From Synechococcus sp. (GTDB taxonomy: Bacteria > Cyanobacteriota > Cyanobacteriia > Thermostichales > PCC-7336): a stretch of DNA of 64,000 bases. Under the pieces are notes generated by a model. That model had not been told where the DNA came from and did no database searches. It saw only the letters and a program-made list of their open reading frames with translations. The stretch spans positions 37,931-101,930 of the forward strand of contig JBFRWD010000178.1 in the NCBI GenBank assembly GCA_051439425.1, in the 5' to 3' direction. This document shows positions 31,754-42,637 of the stretch, piece by piece. How positions within the stretch are numbered: position 1 is the first letter of the stretch; each line of letters opens with the position of its first letter. Both the position numbers and the translations under genes were made by a program.

Positions 31754-32815
31754 TCAGACCTGAGCCGTTTCAGTATTCGTTGGCTTATGGCCACTTCTCA
31801 GCCATTCATCGAGTTTTTGCTTGTCGTTTGCAGCGCAATACAGGTGTAGTCCAAAATCTTGCGAAAAATCTTGGCAGAAACGAACGCCTCTGACGCTGTT
31901 GCCGCGTTCGTCCAGTGCCGGAGAAAACACTCCAATACCTAACTTCTGGGGCACCACTGCAGTGATACCTCCTCCTACGCCGCTTTTAGCAGGAATACCC
32001 ACCCGATAAGCCCATTCACCCGAATAGTTGTACATGCCGCAGGTGTGCATAACGCTGAGCACATCTTGAACGTATTCGCAGCGCAGGGCACAAACCCCTG
32101 TGATAGGATTGATTCCACCATTCGCTAGCGTTGCTGCCATGAGGGCTAAATCGTGGGCGGTAACCAAAATGGAGCATTGCTGAAAGTACAGGTCGAGGCT
32201 CTCGTCAATTTTGTCTCCAATCATGCCGAAATTATGCATCAGGTAGGCGATCGCCCGGTTGCGACTCCCCGTCGCCCGTTCTGAGAGCGAGACAGGCACA
32301 TCGATATACATCTTGCGCCCCGTGTAGCGCTCGAACATATCCAATACCCTAGTCAGCCGCTCGGTGCTGCCATTCCCCGGAATCAGATCTGTTGTGGCAA
32401 TCGCCCCAGCATTCACCATGGGGTTAAAGGGTCGGTTCGTGACGCGATCGAGCACGATCGAATTAAACGCTTCCCCCGATGGCTCTACTCCAACCCTCGC
32501 CCAGACGCGATCCCGGCCGCGAGTCTCAAGTGCAAGCCCGTAGACAAACGCCTTTGAAATGGACTGAATCGTAAATTGCTGCTGGCAATCACCGACATCA
32601 AACGTATTGCCATCGGTCGAAACCAACGAAATACCGAACTGATTCGGGTCCACCTTGGCCAGTTCAGGAATGTAGTTGGCTACGGTCCCATCGCTAATGG
32701 GCAAGTAGGCGTTGTATTTACTGGCAAGATAGGTATCTAGATTAGGAGCACTGGCCGGATGGAGTGTCCAGGTATCGCTCGGTTGAGCGCAGTCAGATTC
32801 CACAGGTATAGGCAA
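31754..32815 (-). CDS. glsA: Glutaminase A
   Basis: [49 protein letters not shown]. Confidence 0.96.
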   Translation of the reverse strand: MPIPVESDCAQPSDTWTLHPASAPNLDTYLASKYNAYLPISDGTVANYIPELAKVDPNQFGISLVSTDGNTFDVGDCQQQFTIQSISKAFVYGLALETRGRDRVWARVGVEPSGEAFNSIVLDRVTNRPFNPMVNAGAIATTDLIPGNGSTERLTRVLDMFERYTGRKMYIDVPVSLSERATGSRNRAIAYLMHNFGMIGDKIDESLDLYFQQCSILVTAHDLALMAATLANGGINPITGVCALRCEYVQDVLSVMHTCGMYNYSGEWAYRVGIPAKSGVGGGITAVVPQKLGIGVFSPALDERGNSVRGVRFCQDFSQDFGLHLYCAANDKQKLDEWLRSGHKPTNTETAQV

Positions 32816-33004
32816 TGGTCACGACAAATTGAGACTGGTCAAGCTATAGGCTTCCCAACTTTAACCGAGACTTCAGCCTGGCTCTTGCAGATTAACTTAC
32901 CTCAATACAACCCGATCGCAGTTTGCTAACGTAACACCACACCAACAGAAACCGAGCGAGCAAAGCACCTGAGAGGTCAGTCACTTACCCTCATCTGACT
33001 TGGC

Positions 33005-33022
33005 ATCACATATCTTTACGAA
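33005..33022 (+). promoter_or_regulatory. Possible HLR1 (RpaB) direct repeat upstream of psaK
   Basis: ATCACATA-TC-TTTACGAA matches (G/T)TTACA(T/A)(T/A)-N2-repeat with 3 mismatches, ~80 nt upstream of a PSI gene. Confidence 0.35.
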
Positions 33023-33101
33023 AATATCAAGGCCGATCGCTTAATATTCATTCATTCTCGAATTTTTTTTTGACACCGATTTAAATTACTGGACTGACGT
33101 T

Positions 33102-33368
33102 ATGCACCATCTTGTACTGCTTGCATCAGCGACAATTCCCAACACTTCTGCATGGACCCCTTTGACTGGCATTGTGATGATCCTTTGCAATGTCCTAGCA
33201 ATTGCTATTGGCAAGCAAGTCATTCCCGAACCTGCTAAGGGCCCCGCTTTGCCTAATTCTGAGTTCTTTGGCGGTATGGGTTACCCAGCGCTCTTAGCAA
33301 CCTGCAGTTTGGGTCATGTGATTGGGTTCGGCGCCATCTTAGGTTTATCTGGCATCGGCATTCTCTAA
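33102..33368 (+). CDS. psaK: Photosystem I subunit PsaK
   Basis: P.T.AW.P..GIVMILCNVLAIAIGK..I...GP.LP...LLAT.SLGHVIG.GAILGL. Confidence 0.95.
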   Translation: MHHLVLLASATIPNTSAWTPLTGIVMILCNVLAIAIGKQVIPEPAKGPALPNSEFFGGMGYPALLATCSLGHVIGFGAILGLSGIGIL

Positions 33369-33429
33369 GAGCATTACCTGTCCTCGCGGCTAGGTTCAAT
33401 CTGATTTTGTTGTGTGTTGTTTTGACTAT

Positions 33430-33457
33430 AGAGCGCGGTTTCTCGTGCTCTTTTTTT
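33430..33457 (+). terminator. Intrinsic terminator after psaK
   Basis: AGAGCGCG-loop-CGTGCTCT stem followed by a T-run. Confidence 0.8.
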
Positions 33458-33872
33458 ATGCACCAAGCGTCCAAACAGTTTCAGACTCCTCGCCCCAATA
33501 AGCCCCCAGCGGCTTGAGGATATCACTCATAGCGACACTGACAAGTCATTAATTCGCCTAACCTGTATACGTCTAATGGATAGATGACATTGTTTCTATT
33601 CATGGAATTTATATTTTTTTGACTCAACATGCTTAAGCGTATTGGGTTTCCTCCCACTACGTTTAGGTATCGCTGCTATATTGCGCACCTGCAAATTAAA
33701 GTTAGCACCTGCAATTGATATACGCTGGCGATTGTCAAATGCACCGATTGAACGTCCGCGAGACACCATGCCATTTTTCAAACGTAAAACAGCGAGAGTA
33801 TTACCTCCCGCTGTTTGTCTGCTGATAATGCGAGCCAACCTTGCGATTCGGTGAACACGCGCTCGGACTGCT

Positions 33873-34496
33873 CTAGAAGGCAGATGTGGTCGCGATTTCT
33901 TTAACCTGCTGCTCAATAACCATGTCCACTAGACCGTAGTCTTTTGCTTCCTCAGCAGACATGTAATAGTCGCGCTCGACATCTCGCTCGATCTTTTCAA
34001 GAGGCTGTCCGGTACTTTTGGCCAATATTTCATTCAAGCGATTTTTCACCCGCAGGGTCTCTTTAGCTTGAATAGCAATGTCGGAGGCTTGACCACGCAT
34101 GCCACCACCGGATGGTTGGTGAATCATAATGCGTGCATTGGGCAACGCTACACGCTTCCCCTTAGCCCCAGCACCTAGCAAGAATGCCCCCATGGAAGCC
34201 GCTAGGCCAACACACACAGTCGCCACATCCGATTTGATGTGCTGCATAGTATCGTAGATAGCCATTCCCGCCGTGACCGATCCACCAGGGGAATTGATGT
34301 ACATCAAAATATCTTTGCCCGCGTCGGTGGAATCCATGTAGAGCATTTGAGCCACGATCGCGTTGGCGGTGACGTCATTGATCTCTTCTCCAATGAAGAC
34401 AATCCGCTCTAGCAGTAGGCGATTGTAGATGCCGATCCACTCGGTATAGGTCTGACCGGGCATGCGGTATGGAACGCGAGGCTCGCCGATAGGCAT
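33873..34496 (-). CDS. clpP: ATP-dependent Clp protease proteolytic subunit (ClpP3 type)
   Basis: MPIG.P.VPY N-terminus, [16 protein letters not shown] (catalytic Ser), IMIHQP. Confidence 0.95.
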   Translation of the reverse strand: MPIGEPRVPYRMPGQTYTEWIGIYNRLLLERIVFIGEEINDVTANAIVAQMLYMDSTDAGKDILMYINSPGGSVTAGMAIYDTMQHIKSDVATVCVGLAASMGAFLLGAGAKGKRVALPNARIMIHQPSGGGMRGQASDIAIQAKETLRVKNRLNEILAKSTGQPLEKIERDVERDYYMSAEEAKDYGLVDMVIEQQVKEIATTSAF

Positions 34497-34547
34497 AATT
34501 CTGTACCTTGATTCAAATAATACTGTTGGGAATAAGCTTGTCTGGCA

Positions 34548-35210
34548 CTACAAAGTAGCAGGGACTGGAGTGGGTAGCTCTTTCGAGCTTTCCAAAACCG
34601 TGTCGATCAGACCGTAGTCTTTTGCTTCTTCCGGAGTCATGTAGAAGAAGCGCTCAATATCTTTACTAATGCGTTCCTTGGTTTGCCCGGTACTTCTGGA
34701 CAACTGGTTAACCATCATGTGCTTGATTTCCACCAGCTCCTGAGTCTTGATATCGATATCTGTCGCTTGACCACGAGTACCGCCAAATGGCTGGTGCATC
34801 ATGATGCTGGAATTTGGCAGAGAGGCCCGCACACCTTTTGTCCCGGCAGCAAGTAGCATGGCGGCCATACCGTAGGCCTTACCAATACAAATGGTGTGAA
34901 CTGGCGGGGCAATGTAGTTCATCGTGTCGGCGATCGCGAACGCTGCCGTGTCGTACCCGTAGGTTCCCGTCGAGCTGATATACATGTAAATCGGCTTGGA
35001 ACGGTCTTCGTACTGCAGGTACAAGAGCTGAGCAATAATCAGCTTCGGAACATTAATAGAGATGTCCGCTTGTTGTACCAGAGGCAAACCCAAATACACA
35101 ATGCGCTCGTTAAGGAGCAAGGAAGGTAAGTCGGGTGGCGGAGTGCGCATCGGCGCACTGCTGGCAACATAGGCGGCTTGCATAGCTTGTAAGGGAGAAG
35201 GAACGTTCAT
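34548..35210 (-). CDS. clpR: Non-catalytic Clp subunit ClpR
   Basis: RTPPPDLPSLLL.ERIVYLG.PL; catalytic Ser replaced (GKAYGMAAML); directly upstream of clpP3. Confidence 0.9.
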   Translation of the reverse strand: MNVPSPLQAMQAAYVASSAPMRTPPPDLPSLLLNERIVYLGLPLVQQADISINVPKLIIAQLLYLQYEDRSKPIYMYISSTGTYGYDTAAFAIADTMNYIAPPVHTICIGKAYGMAAMLLAAGTKGVRASLPNSSIMMHQPFGGTRGQATDIDIKTQELVEIKHMMVNQLSRSTGQTKERISKDIERFFYMTPEEAKDYGLIDTVLESSKELPTPVPATL

Positions 35211-35391
35211 GCGGTAACTAATAGCTTGGCGTCTAATGGATTGACGTTATATCGTGCGGTCTTGAACGGAACTGCTTGAGTTCAGGCAAATTTGCCCTGC
35301 CCGTGCAAGAGAACGGTCAACGGTAGTCTGGATAATCAGAGCGGCTGGAGCCACGGACTCGAGCCCGTAGCTCCAGGTGGAGTGAATCCCC

Positions 35392-37884
35392 CTACCCTTC
35401 GGCCCCTTGGGACACGAGGACGCGGTCTTCCCCTTCGCTGCTATTGTCATCATCAACCAGGACAATCGTCTTATCATTCTCATCTAGGTCAAGCGTGGCT
35501 ATAGAGCCTTCCTTAACTTCACCAGACAGAATCTTTTCAGCCAAGATGTCTTCCATCAACCGTTGAATGGAGCGACGTAGTGGACGGGCACCGTAGGCAG
35601 GGTTATACCCTTCTTTGACGATCAGCTCCTTAAACTTATCGGTCACAGACAGAGCAATGTCTTTCTCATGCATGCGATCGAAGACCTCTTTCAGCAGGAT
35701 GTCGGCAATTTCCTTGACTTCATCCTTGGAGAGTTGACGGAAAACAATGATCTCGTCCAAACGGTTCAAGAACTCGGGTCGGAAGTATTGCTTCAGCTCT
35801 TCGTTCACGAGCGAGCGGATCCGATTGTAATTCGCATCGTCCTCGTCCGTATTGAACTCAAAGCCGAGAGACCCGCCCCCCTTCTCAATCACCTTGGAGC
35901 CGATGTTGGATGTCATCACTAGCAGGGTGTTTTTGAAGTCAACCGTGCGCCCCTTGGCATCCGTCAAACGACCGTCTTCCAGAATCTGCAGCAACATGTT
36001 GAAGACATCGGGGTGAGCCTTCTCAATTTCGTCAAACAACACGACAGTGTAGGGGCGACGACGAACGGCTTCGGTCAGTTGACCGCCCTCGTTGTAGCCG
36101 ACATATCCGGGAGGGGAACCGATCAGCTTGGAAGCCGTGTGGCGCTCCATAAATTCCGACATATCTAAGCGGATCATGGCATCTTCCGAGCCGAAGAAAT
36201 AAGTGGCGAGTGCCTTCGTTAGCTCGGTCTTACCAACACCAGTAGGGCCAGAGAAAATGAAGCTAGCAATTGGACGATTGGGGTCTTTCAACCCGACACG
36301 AGCGCGGCGAATCGCACGAGAGATGGCTCGGACGGCTTCGTCTTGTCCAATGATGCGCGTATGCAGAGTCCCTTCCATTTCCAGCAAGCGCTTAGACTCG
36401 GTTTCCGTTAGCTTGGCAACGGGGACACCGGTCCAAGAACTCACCACATGGGCGATATCCTCTTCATCCACAAATGGAGTCTCTTCCTTCTCTGCCATCT
36501 CAGCACGCTTGGCAGCGGCGATCGCCCGGATCTCTTGCTTGATCTCCATCTCGCGATCCCGCAGCTCACCCGCCCGATCAAAATCTTGGGAGCGAACAGC
36601 ATCGTCTTTATCTTTGAGCAACTTACGAAGCTCTTCGTCCAGCTCTTTGGCTGCAGGAGGAAGTTGAGAATTGATCAGACGAACGCGAGAGGAGGCCTCG
36701 TCAATCAAGTCAATCGCCTTGTCCGGCAAGAAGCGATCGGAAATGTAGCGATCGGAAAGTTTGGCGGCGGCATCCAGAGCATTGTCAGCAATTTTGAGCT
36801 TATGGTGCTCTTCGTAGCGCTCCCGCAGACCGAATAGGATCTCGATAGTCTCGGAGACGGAAGGTTCGCCCACCATCACTGGCTGGAAACGACGTTCTAG
36901 TGCAGCATCCCGTTCAATATGTTTGCGGTACTCATCCAGCGTTGTAGCACCAATGCATTGCAATTCTCCCCTCGCCAGTGCAGGTTTGAGGATATTGGCA
37001 GCATCAATTGCTCCCTCAGCGGCTCCAGCACCAATCAGGGTGTGGACTTCGTCAATCACCAAGATGATGTTTCCGGCGGTACGGATTTCATCCATGATTT
37101 TCTTGAGGCGTTCTTCAAACTCTCCGCGATATTTGGTACCTGCAACTAACAGGCCAATATCGAGAGTGACGACACGCTTCTCCCCCAAAATATCGGGGAT
37201 ATCTCCCTGAACAACACGCTGAGCCAGTCCTTCGGCGATCGCCGTCTTACCAACACCGGGCTCACCAATCAATACGGGATTGTTCTTAGTGCGCCGGCCG
37301 AGAATCTGGATAACTCGCTCAATTTCTTTCTGTCGACCCACCACGGGATCGAGCTTGCTATCCGTAGCCAGTTGCGTAAGGTTAGTTCCAAATTCATCTA
37401 GCGTCGGCGTCTTGTTGCGACCGGTCGAGCCTGATGATGACACCTCAGCCGTCTCACCTAGCATGCGAATAACCTGTGTGCGAACCTTAGACAAATCGAC
37501 TCCAAGGTTTTCAAGGACGCGGGCCGCAACACCTTCTCCTTCCCGAATCAGCCCCAACAACAGGTGTTCGGTGCCGATATAGTTATGGCCCAGCTGACGA
37601 GCCTCTTCCAACGACAGCTCTAGAACTCGCTTTGCGCGAGGTGTGAATGGAATCTCAACAGCCACGAAGCCGGAGCCACGACCGATAATTTTTTCTACTT
37701 CAATGCGAGCATCTTTAAGATTTACTCCCATCGATTTGAGAACTTTTGCCGCGACTCCCGTACCTTCACCGATTAATCCGAGAAGGATCTGTTCTGTCCC
37801 GACAAAATTATGGCCAAGCCGCCGGGCTTCCTCTTGAGCCAGCATGATGACCTTAATGGCTTTCTCTGTAAAGCGTTCGAACAT
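35392..37884 (-). CDS. clpC: Clp protease ATP-binding subunit ClpC
   Basis: [32 protein letters not shown]; two AAA modules ([16 protein letters not shown]). Confidence 0.98.
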   Translation of the reverse strand: MFERFTEKAIKVIMLAQEEARRLGHNFVGTEQILLGLIGEGTGVAAKVLKSMGVNLKDARIEVEKIIGRGSGFVAVEIPFTPRAKRVLELSLEEARQLGHNYIGTEHLLLGLIREGEGVAARVLENLGVDLSKVRTQVIRMLGETAEVSSSGSTGRNKTPTLDEFGTNLTQLATDSKLDPVVGRQKEIERVIQILGRRTKNNPVLIGEPGVGKTAIAEGLAQRVVQGDIPDILGEKRVVTLDIGLLVAGTKYRGEFEERLKKIMDEIRTAGNIILVIDEVHTLIGAGAAEGAIDAANILKPALARGELQCIGATTLDEYRKHIERDAALERRFQPVMVGEPSVSETIEILFGLRERYEEHHKLKIADNALDAAAKLSDRYISDRFLPDKAIDLIDEASSRVRLINSQLPPAAKELDEELRKLLKDKDDAVRSQDFDRAGELRDREMEIKQEIRAIAAAKRAEMAEKEETPFVDEEDIAHVVSSWTGVPVAKLTETESKRLLEMEGTLHTRIIGQDEAVRAISRAIRRARVGLKDPNRPIASFIFSGPTGVGKTELTKALATYFFGSEDAMIRLDMSEFMERHTASKLIGSPPGYVGYNEGGQLTEAVRRRPYTVVLFDEIEKAHPDVFNMLLQILEDGRLTDAKGRTVDFKNTLLVMTSNIGSKVIEKGGGSLGFEFNTDEDDANYNRIRSLVNEELKQYFRPEFLNRLDEIIVFRQLSKDEVKEIADILLKEVFDRMHEKDIALSVTDKFKELIVKEGYNPAYGARPLRRSIQRLMEDILAEKILSGEVKEGSIATLDLDENDKTIVLVDDDNSSEGEDRVLVSQGAEG

Positions 37885-37995
37885 TGAGCGTTCCCCTTAC
37901 CTGCAAGCGGCTCTGGTAAAGGTGATCGTAACATAGCTTTCAGGCCCCAAAAGGGACAATTACCGACCCCAGCACAATCGCTGAGGAATACAAAA

Positions 37996-38069
37996 CGCGC
38001 CTGGAAGGATTCGAACCTCCGACACCCTGGTCCGTAGCCAGGTGCTCTAGTCCACTGAGCTACAGGCGC
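37996..38069 (-). tRNA. trnR: tRNA-Arg (ACG)
   Basis: Reverse complement GCGCCTGTAGCTCAGTGGACTAGAGCA-CCTGG-CTACGGA-CCAGG...GTTCGAATCC..CAGGCGCG. Confidence 0.97.
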
Positions 38070-38574
38070 TCGTTTACCGTTCTTGGTCACCGAATGGCAA
38101 CACCAACGTTCGCACGTTCCTCATCATTAAGAAAACAGTTCAGTGCAAACATACTGCTCGGACGAAATCCCACTGCCAAAAGAAAGCACCAAAGTAAGAT
38201 TGGATGAGGTGATTCGCAAACTTGAGGCAGAAACGTTTTCTCAAGCGAAACGTAGCATAACACAATTAGAAGAGGTTCGACGAAGGTGCGGATTTTTTTT
38301 TCGTTTTTCTGTCTGTGTCTGCTCCTCAGGCTGCCTCTCATTCACTATCGTGAGAGGTATTGGCGATCCCAATTCGGTACGAGCTCCTACGTCGGCCTCT
38401 AAGTTGATGTCCTACGCCTGTAGACGAAGAAGAGGTGATAAGCGAAAACGACACTTCTCCCCAACCATCGACGCCTCGTTTCATTAGAGGCATCCTGACT
38501 ACGTCGGAGAACTATCGGATAGTTGGCTCATACCTGCCATACTGAGACAGGCAAAGCAACAGTTACTATCAGCT

Positions 38575-38844
38575 ATGTACACGATTGAAGTCATGATGAA
38601 GGGCGGCAGCGCTCCCATTGTTGTTCAGCAGAAGGAAGAGGCTGATGCGGAGAAAGCATACGCATCGGTGGCTGCAGCAATTACTCAGACTCAAGCAGGT
38701 GTGCTGACTCTGAATTGCGATCGCACTGAAAAGAAGGTGACGGTGTTGGCTCAAGAAATCGCAGCTGTCCAGCTAGTCCCCAAGAAGCCGTCCAGTGGTA
38801 ACTCCAGCAATCGACCGGGATTCTTTGCTCAGGTTGACAGCTAA
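38575..38844 (+). CDS. Small conserved cyanobacterial protein (UPF0367-like)
   Basis: MYTIEV....PIVVQQKE..DAE..Y...LTLNCDR..KKV...EIAAVQ and C-terminal RPGFF. Confidence 0.75.
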   Translation: MYTIEVMMKGGSAPIVVQQKEEADAEKAYASVAAAITQTQAGVLTLNCDRTEKKVTVLAQEIAAVQLVPKKPSSGNSSNRPGFFAQVDS

Positions 38845-38982
38845 ACAGGAGTTACACGGATCCATAACTACTTCCTGTGATATCTGCCGAGCTTTGGAAC
38901 TAATGGCTCGGGCATACTTGGATGTAGATTGGCGACCCTTTGCGCTGGTGCACGAGTTGCTGGCTGAAAGCACAGTTTTATT

Positions 38983-39693
38983 GTGAATGTATTGGCTCCC
39001 CACCTCCCTACTCTTGCTGTCGATATCGCGAACTTAACGTACGCTTGGCCTGGCCGACAGCCAATTCTAGATAATTGCAAGTTGCAGGTACCCAAGGGCC
39101 AGTTTTGGATGCTACTGGGGGCCAATGGCAGTGGCAAATCAACACTACTCAAGTTGATGAGCGGTTTGCTGGCTTATCCGGCGGAGGCCAAAGTTCAGCT
39201 TGATCAGCCGGTTGGCTTTGTATTCCAAAACCCCGATCGCCAGCTAGTGATGCCTACTGTAGGAGCTGATGTTGCGTTCGGGCTGGCATCGGAGAACCTG
39301 ACAGAGGTTGAGATCAAGGCCCGCGTCGAACAAGCCTTAAATGCTGTGAACTTGCTTCATCTAGTCCGTCGCCCCATTTATGCGTTGAGTGGTGGACAAA
39401 AGCACCGAGTGGCTATCGCTGGCGCTCTTGCGCGGCGAAGTCGTCTCTTGTTATTGGACGAACCGACTGCATTGCTCGATCCAGATAGCCAGACAGAATT
39501 AGTGAAACAGATACGGTACCTAGTTGACCGTACCGGTATTACGGCTCTTTGGATTACTCACCGGTTAGAAGAATTAGATTGGGCCGACCGGGCAGTCTTG
39601 CTAGCAGATGGTGCTATTGCAGACAGCGATCGCCCTAGCGCTATTCGCGCCAAACTAGAGCACATACTGTCTTCGACAGCTCCTCTGGTTTGA
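38983..39693 (+). CDS. ECF/CbiO-type ABC transporter ATPase
   Basis: GANGSGKST, FVFQNPD.Q, LSGGQKHRVAIAG, LLLDEPT, ITH. Confidence 0.9.
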   Translation: MNVLAPHLPTLAVDIANLTYAWPGRQPILDNCKLQVPKGQFWMLLGANGSGKSTLLKLMSGLLAYPAEAKVQLDQPVGFVFQNPDRQLVMPTVGADVAFGLASENLTEVEIKARVEQALNAVNLLHLVRRPIYALSGGQKHRVAIAGALARRSRLLLLDEPTALLDPDSQTELVKQIRYLVDRTGITALWITHRLEELDWADRAVLLADGAIADSDRPSAIRAKLEHILSSTAPLV

Positions 39694-40605
39694 GGCCATG
39701 CCAATTCAGATTTTCGAGGGATTTTTAGGTATCTCCGAGAGCAAGACGTTGATAATTTGCAGTCAGGCTTTGAGCCTCCGAATGCCTTTCTTCTAAGCAG
39801 CGCCTAACCATATGCAGTTGTAGGCAAATCGCCAAGCAGGCATCTCATATCTATTTTTTGACCTCAGAAAAGCCCGGAGGTTTCTCATGCCTTGCATTAA
39901 GTAGGTACTTAAGTGGCCAATGCCTACATCGCGGATCCCTCTTAGAACAACTCCTGGTAATTACTGCTGAAATGGAAGTTGATTACTTTATTCAAGTCAA
40001 TAGGGTGAGAAGAGCTGCTGAAAACAACCTTATTACGTCTTCAACTATCAGCTTTTTGTGAACCAAAACAATAATTTACACTTTGCATCAAGCAGAATCC
40101 TTCAACCTTTCTTAATGGCGGAGGACGGGACTTTCAGGGGTTCGATGAGGTTCGCAAGAAGGTATTGTATTGACGAAAATCTAAGGATAATTGCGCATCA
40201 AGAAGGGGTGTGGAATAACTCCTAAGTAAATTCACGTATATCGACTTGGGCTGCAACTTTTTATATTGTTTGCATTCGCTTAGCACTCGTAAATAAATCT
40301 CTAGGTTTTGTGTCGCGATTGTTGATTGCTGATTTACCTGAGTGGGTAAAGCACTTTGCAGTTTCGAACGGCTGGAGTATTGCGACAGTTGTGCGGCGAT
40401 TGGTGGCAGTTCCAAAATTGGCAGATTATCTGGCTCCTCTGGGGAGCAGCCCGCCAGTACATCACATGGGTTAGCAGGCGACCATTTGGTTCGTTTCTTC
40501 CCACATTTAGATGTTCCCGTAGGTAAGTGCTTGTACCTTGCTGTGCTCGACTTGCAAGCGATTTCAAATGCCTTCTTCATTGCTGTCTAACGGTAGGTCA
40601 GTCGA

Positions 40606-41466
40606 ATGGTTGCAAATGCCGCTCGTTCCATAGTCGGTTCTCCTGGAAAAGTTACGGGAATTGCCACCCGCAAAACTACACGCAGTCGCTCAAGCTCGAA
40701 AGATAGCGACCTCAAAGCGAAAACAATTGAATTACTGCAGAAATATAACAAGACTCGTTCTGCTGCTATCCGCAATCGTCTTGTTGAGATGAACTTGGGC
40801 CTGGTTCGTAAGGAGGCCCACCATTGGAAGCATCAGTGTCAAGAAAATTACGATGACTTGATGCAAATTGGATGCATAGGACTCATCCAGGCGATCGAAC
40901 GTTTTGATCTGTCTCGTGGTCTGGCCTTCAGTTCTTTTGCCATGCCATACATTCGCGGTGAAATTCAGCACTATCTCAGAGACAAAAGCCCAACCGTCAG
41001 AATTCCACGTAAGTGGTCTGCCCTTTTGCACCGCAGCAAGAAGGTTGTTGCTCAATTACGTCAAGAACTCGGCCGTACTCCCAAGGACGACGAAGTACGC
41101 GAGGCTATGGAGCTAACACCCGATGAATGGCAACAATTTAAAGTGGCCAAGCAGAACCAATCAACCTTGAGCCTCGATGCTCCGGTTCGCCAGGCCGATA
41201 ACGAAGGAAGTTCTTTGGGTGACTTGGTGCCGGATGTTCGCTACCAAAGCTTCCAATTGGCGCAAGAGGATCAAATTCGCCTACGTCAAGCAATGTCACA
41301 GCTGGAAGATCGGACACGTAAGATCCTAGACTTTGTCTTCCTACAAGATCTCACCCAAAAAGAAACTGCTGTTCGTCTGGATATCAGCGCAGTAACGGTT
41401 TCGCGTCAGGTGAAGAAAGGACTCCAGCAACTTAGCCAATTGCTTAGTCAGGACGATGACGACTAA
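40606..41466 (+). CDS. sigF: Group 3 RNA polymerase sigma factor SigF
   Basis: NLGLVRKEAHHW, DLMQIGCIGLIQAIERFD, FAMPYIRGEIQHYLRDK, YQSFQLAQEDQIRL, ISAVTVSR. Confidence 0.93.
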   Translation: MVANAARSIVGSPGKVTGIATRKTTRSRSSSKDSDLKAKTIELLQKYNKTRSAAIRNRLVEMNLGLVRKEAHHWKHQCQENYDDLMQIGCIGLIQAIERFDLSRGLAFSSFAMPYIRGEIQHYLRDKSPTVRIPRKWSALLHRSKKVVAQLRQELGRTPKDDEVREAMELTPDEWQQFKVAKQNQSTLSLDAPVRQADNEGSSLGDLVPDVRYQSFQLAQEDQIRLRQAMSQLEDRTRKILDFVFLQDLTQKETAVRLDISAVTVSRQVKKGLQQLSQLLSQDDDD

Positions 41467-41517
41467 GGGATTTCTAGCTTCTACCGATCTAGATTCCTAC
41501 GTTTAAATGGGCTGTCC

Positions 41518-41560
41518 AATAAACAGGTAACCTCAGCAAAACCGAGGTTGCCTGTTTATT
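41518..41560. terminator. Long hairpin/terminator after sigF
   Basis: AATAAACAGGTAACCTC...GAGGTTGCCTGTTTATT, 17-bp stem with one G-U pair. Confidence 0.75.
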
Positions 41561-41672
41561 TATGGAGAAAATTCTTATTCTCTATGCGAACACTACTGGC
41601 CTGACTGCTTCTCGTACATCTGCTAGGGCACATGCCTTAATCTAGACTTAACGATAGTGCAGGAGAAAGCAT

Positions 41673-42383
41673 ATGCGAATTCTGCTGGTAGATGATGAGG
41701 TGGAGCTGACGGATTCTCTGGCTCAGTTGTTTGTCCGTGAAGGATATGCGGTAGATGTGGCTTACGAGGGTGAAACAGCTCTTGAGCTCATGACAGGAGG
41801 GGGCGAGAGTCTGGCGACCATCTCCTACGATTTGCTGATTTTTGATTGGATGTTACCGGTGCGATCGGGGTTGGAGCTTTGTCGTTTAATTCGCGAAGCT
41901 GGTAGTGAGATTCCCATCCTTTTTCTAACCGCTAAAGACACGCTCGACGATCGCGTGGAAGGGCTGGATGCTGGCGCTGATGATTATTTGGTCAAGCCGT
42001 TTGAATTGAGAGAGTTATTAGCTCGCGTGAGAGCTCAACTGAGACGGGGGAGATCGGAGCGTGTCTTGTCTGGCGCTGAGCAGAGGTTACAGGTAGAAGA
42101 TTTGGAGTTAGATTGTGACAATCAGTTGGCCTATCGGCAAGGCAAAGCAATCTCGCTATCCGAGAAAGAATTGAAGTTACTGAAATACTTCATGACTCAT
42201 GCTGGCCAACTACTGAGCCGCAACGAGATTCACAAGCATTTGTGGCCAGATGGTAACTCTCCGAATAGTAATGTGCTATCTGCTCAAGTGAAGTTGCTGC
42301 GCAGAAAAATTGATGGAAATTTCAAGAAATCCTCTCCGCTCATTCATTCGGTGTATGGAAAGGGCTATCGATTTGGCCCTTAA
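41673..42383 (+). CDS. OmpR-family response regulator (ManR/RppA-like)
   Basis: LLVDDE, FDWMLP, LTAKD..DDRVEGLDAGADDYLVKPF, winged-helix end VYGKGYRF. Confidence 0.92.
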   Translation: MRILLVDDEVELTDSLAQLFVREGYAVDVAYEGETALELMTGGGESLATISYDLLIFDWMLPVRSGLELCRLIREAGSEIPILFLTAKDTLDDRVEGLDAGADDYLVKPFELRELLARVRAQLRRGRSERVLSGAEQRLQVEDLELDCDNQLAYRQGKAISLSEKELKLLKYFMTHAGQLLSRNEIHKHLWPDGNSPNSNVLSAQVKLLRRKIDGNFKKSSPLIHSVYGKGYRFGP

Positions 42384-42637
42384 CAACTATAGGCGTTAAG
42401 CCTTCTACTCGATTTTTACGTGAATTCCATTGACTAAAACACGGAGGAGTCCCCACACATGCGCAATGTGCCTACCTATTGAGTAGTCATATTGCATCAG
42501 CCATACTTCTACGTGCATTTCCGCGATGTTCTCTCTTGACTGTGATCAGAAACTGTTGGCCTCACTGAAATGACAAACGGAAAACTATCTGTCAGGGATA
42601 GTAGAAGTACCGATGTTTGCACCCGATATTGAGAGCG

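Noticed and set aside
31595..31760. tRNA-anchored genomic island (also checked at tRNA-Arg and tRNA-Gly)
   Set aside because: No integrase, no duplicated tRNA 3' end seen, and flanks are housekeeping genes.
33596..33916. Basic 106-aa ORF resembling a ribosomal protein
   Set aside because: Overlaps the clpP 3' end and has no motif of any ribosomal protein I recognise; likely spurious.
38143..38487. 114-aa ORF between tRNA-Arg and the UPF0367-like gene
   Set aside because: No RBS or recognisable domain, and it runs through a T-homopolymer into Cys/Phe-rich sequence.
40134..40580. 148-aa minus-strand ORF upstream of sigF
   Set aside because: No recognisable domain or protein-like composition; probably promoter DNA.
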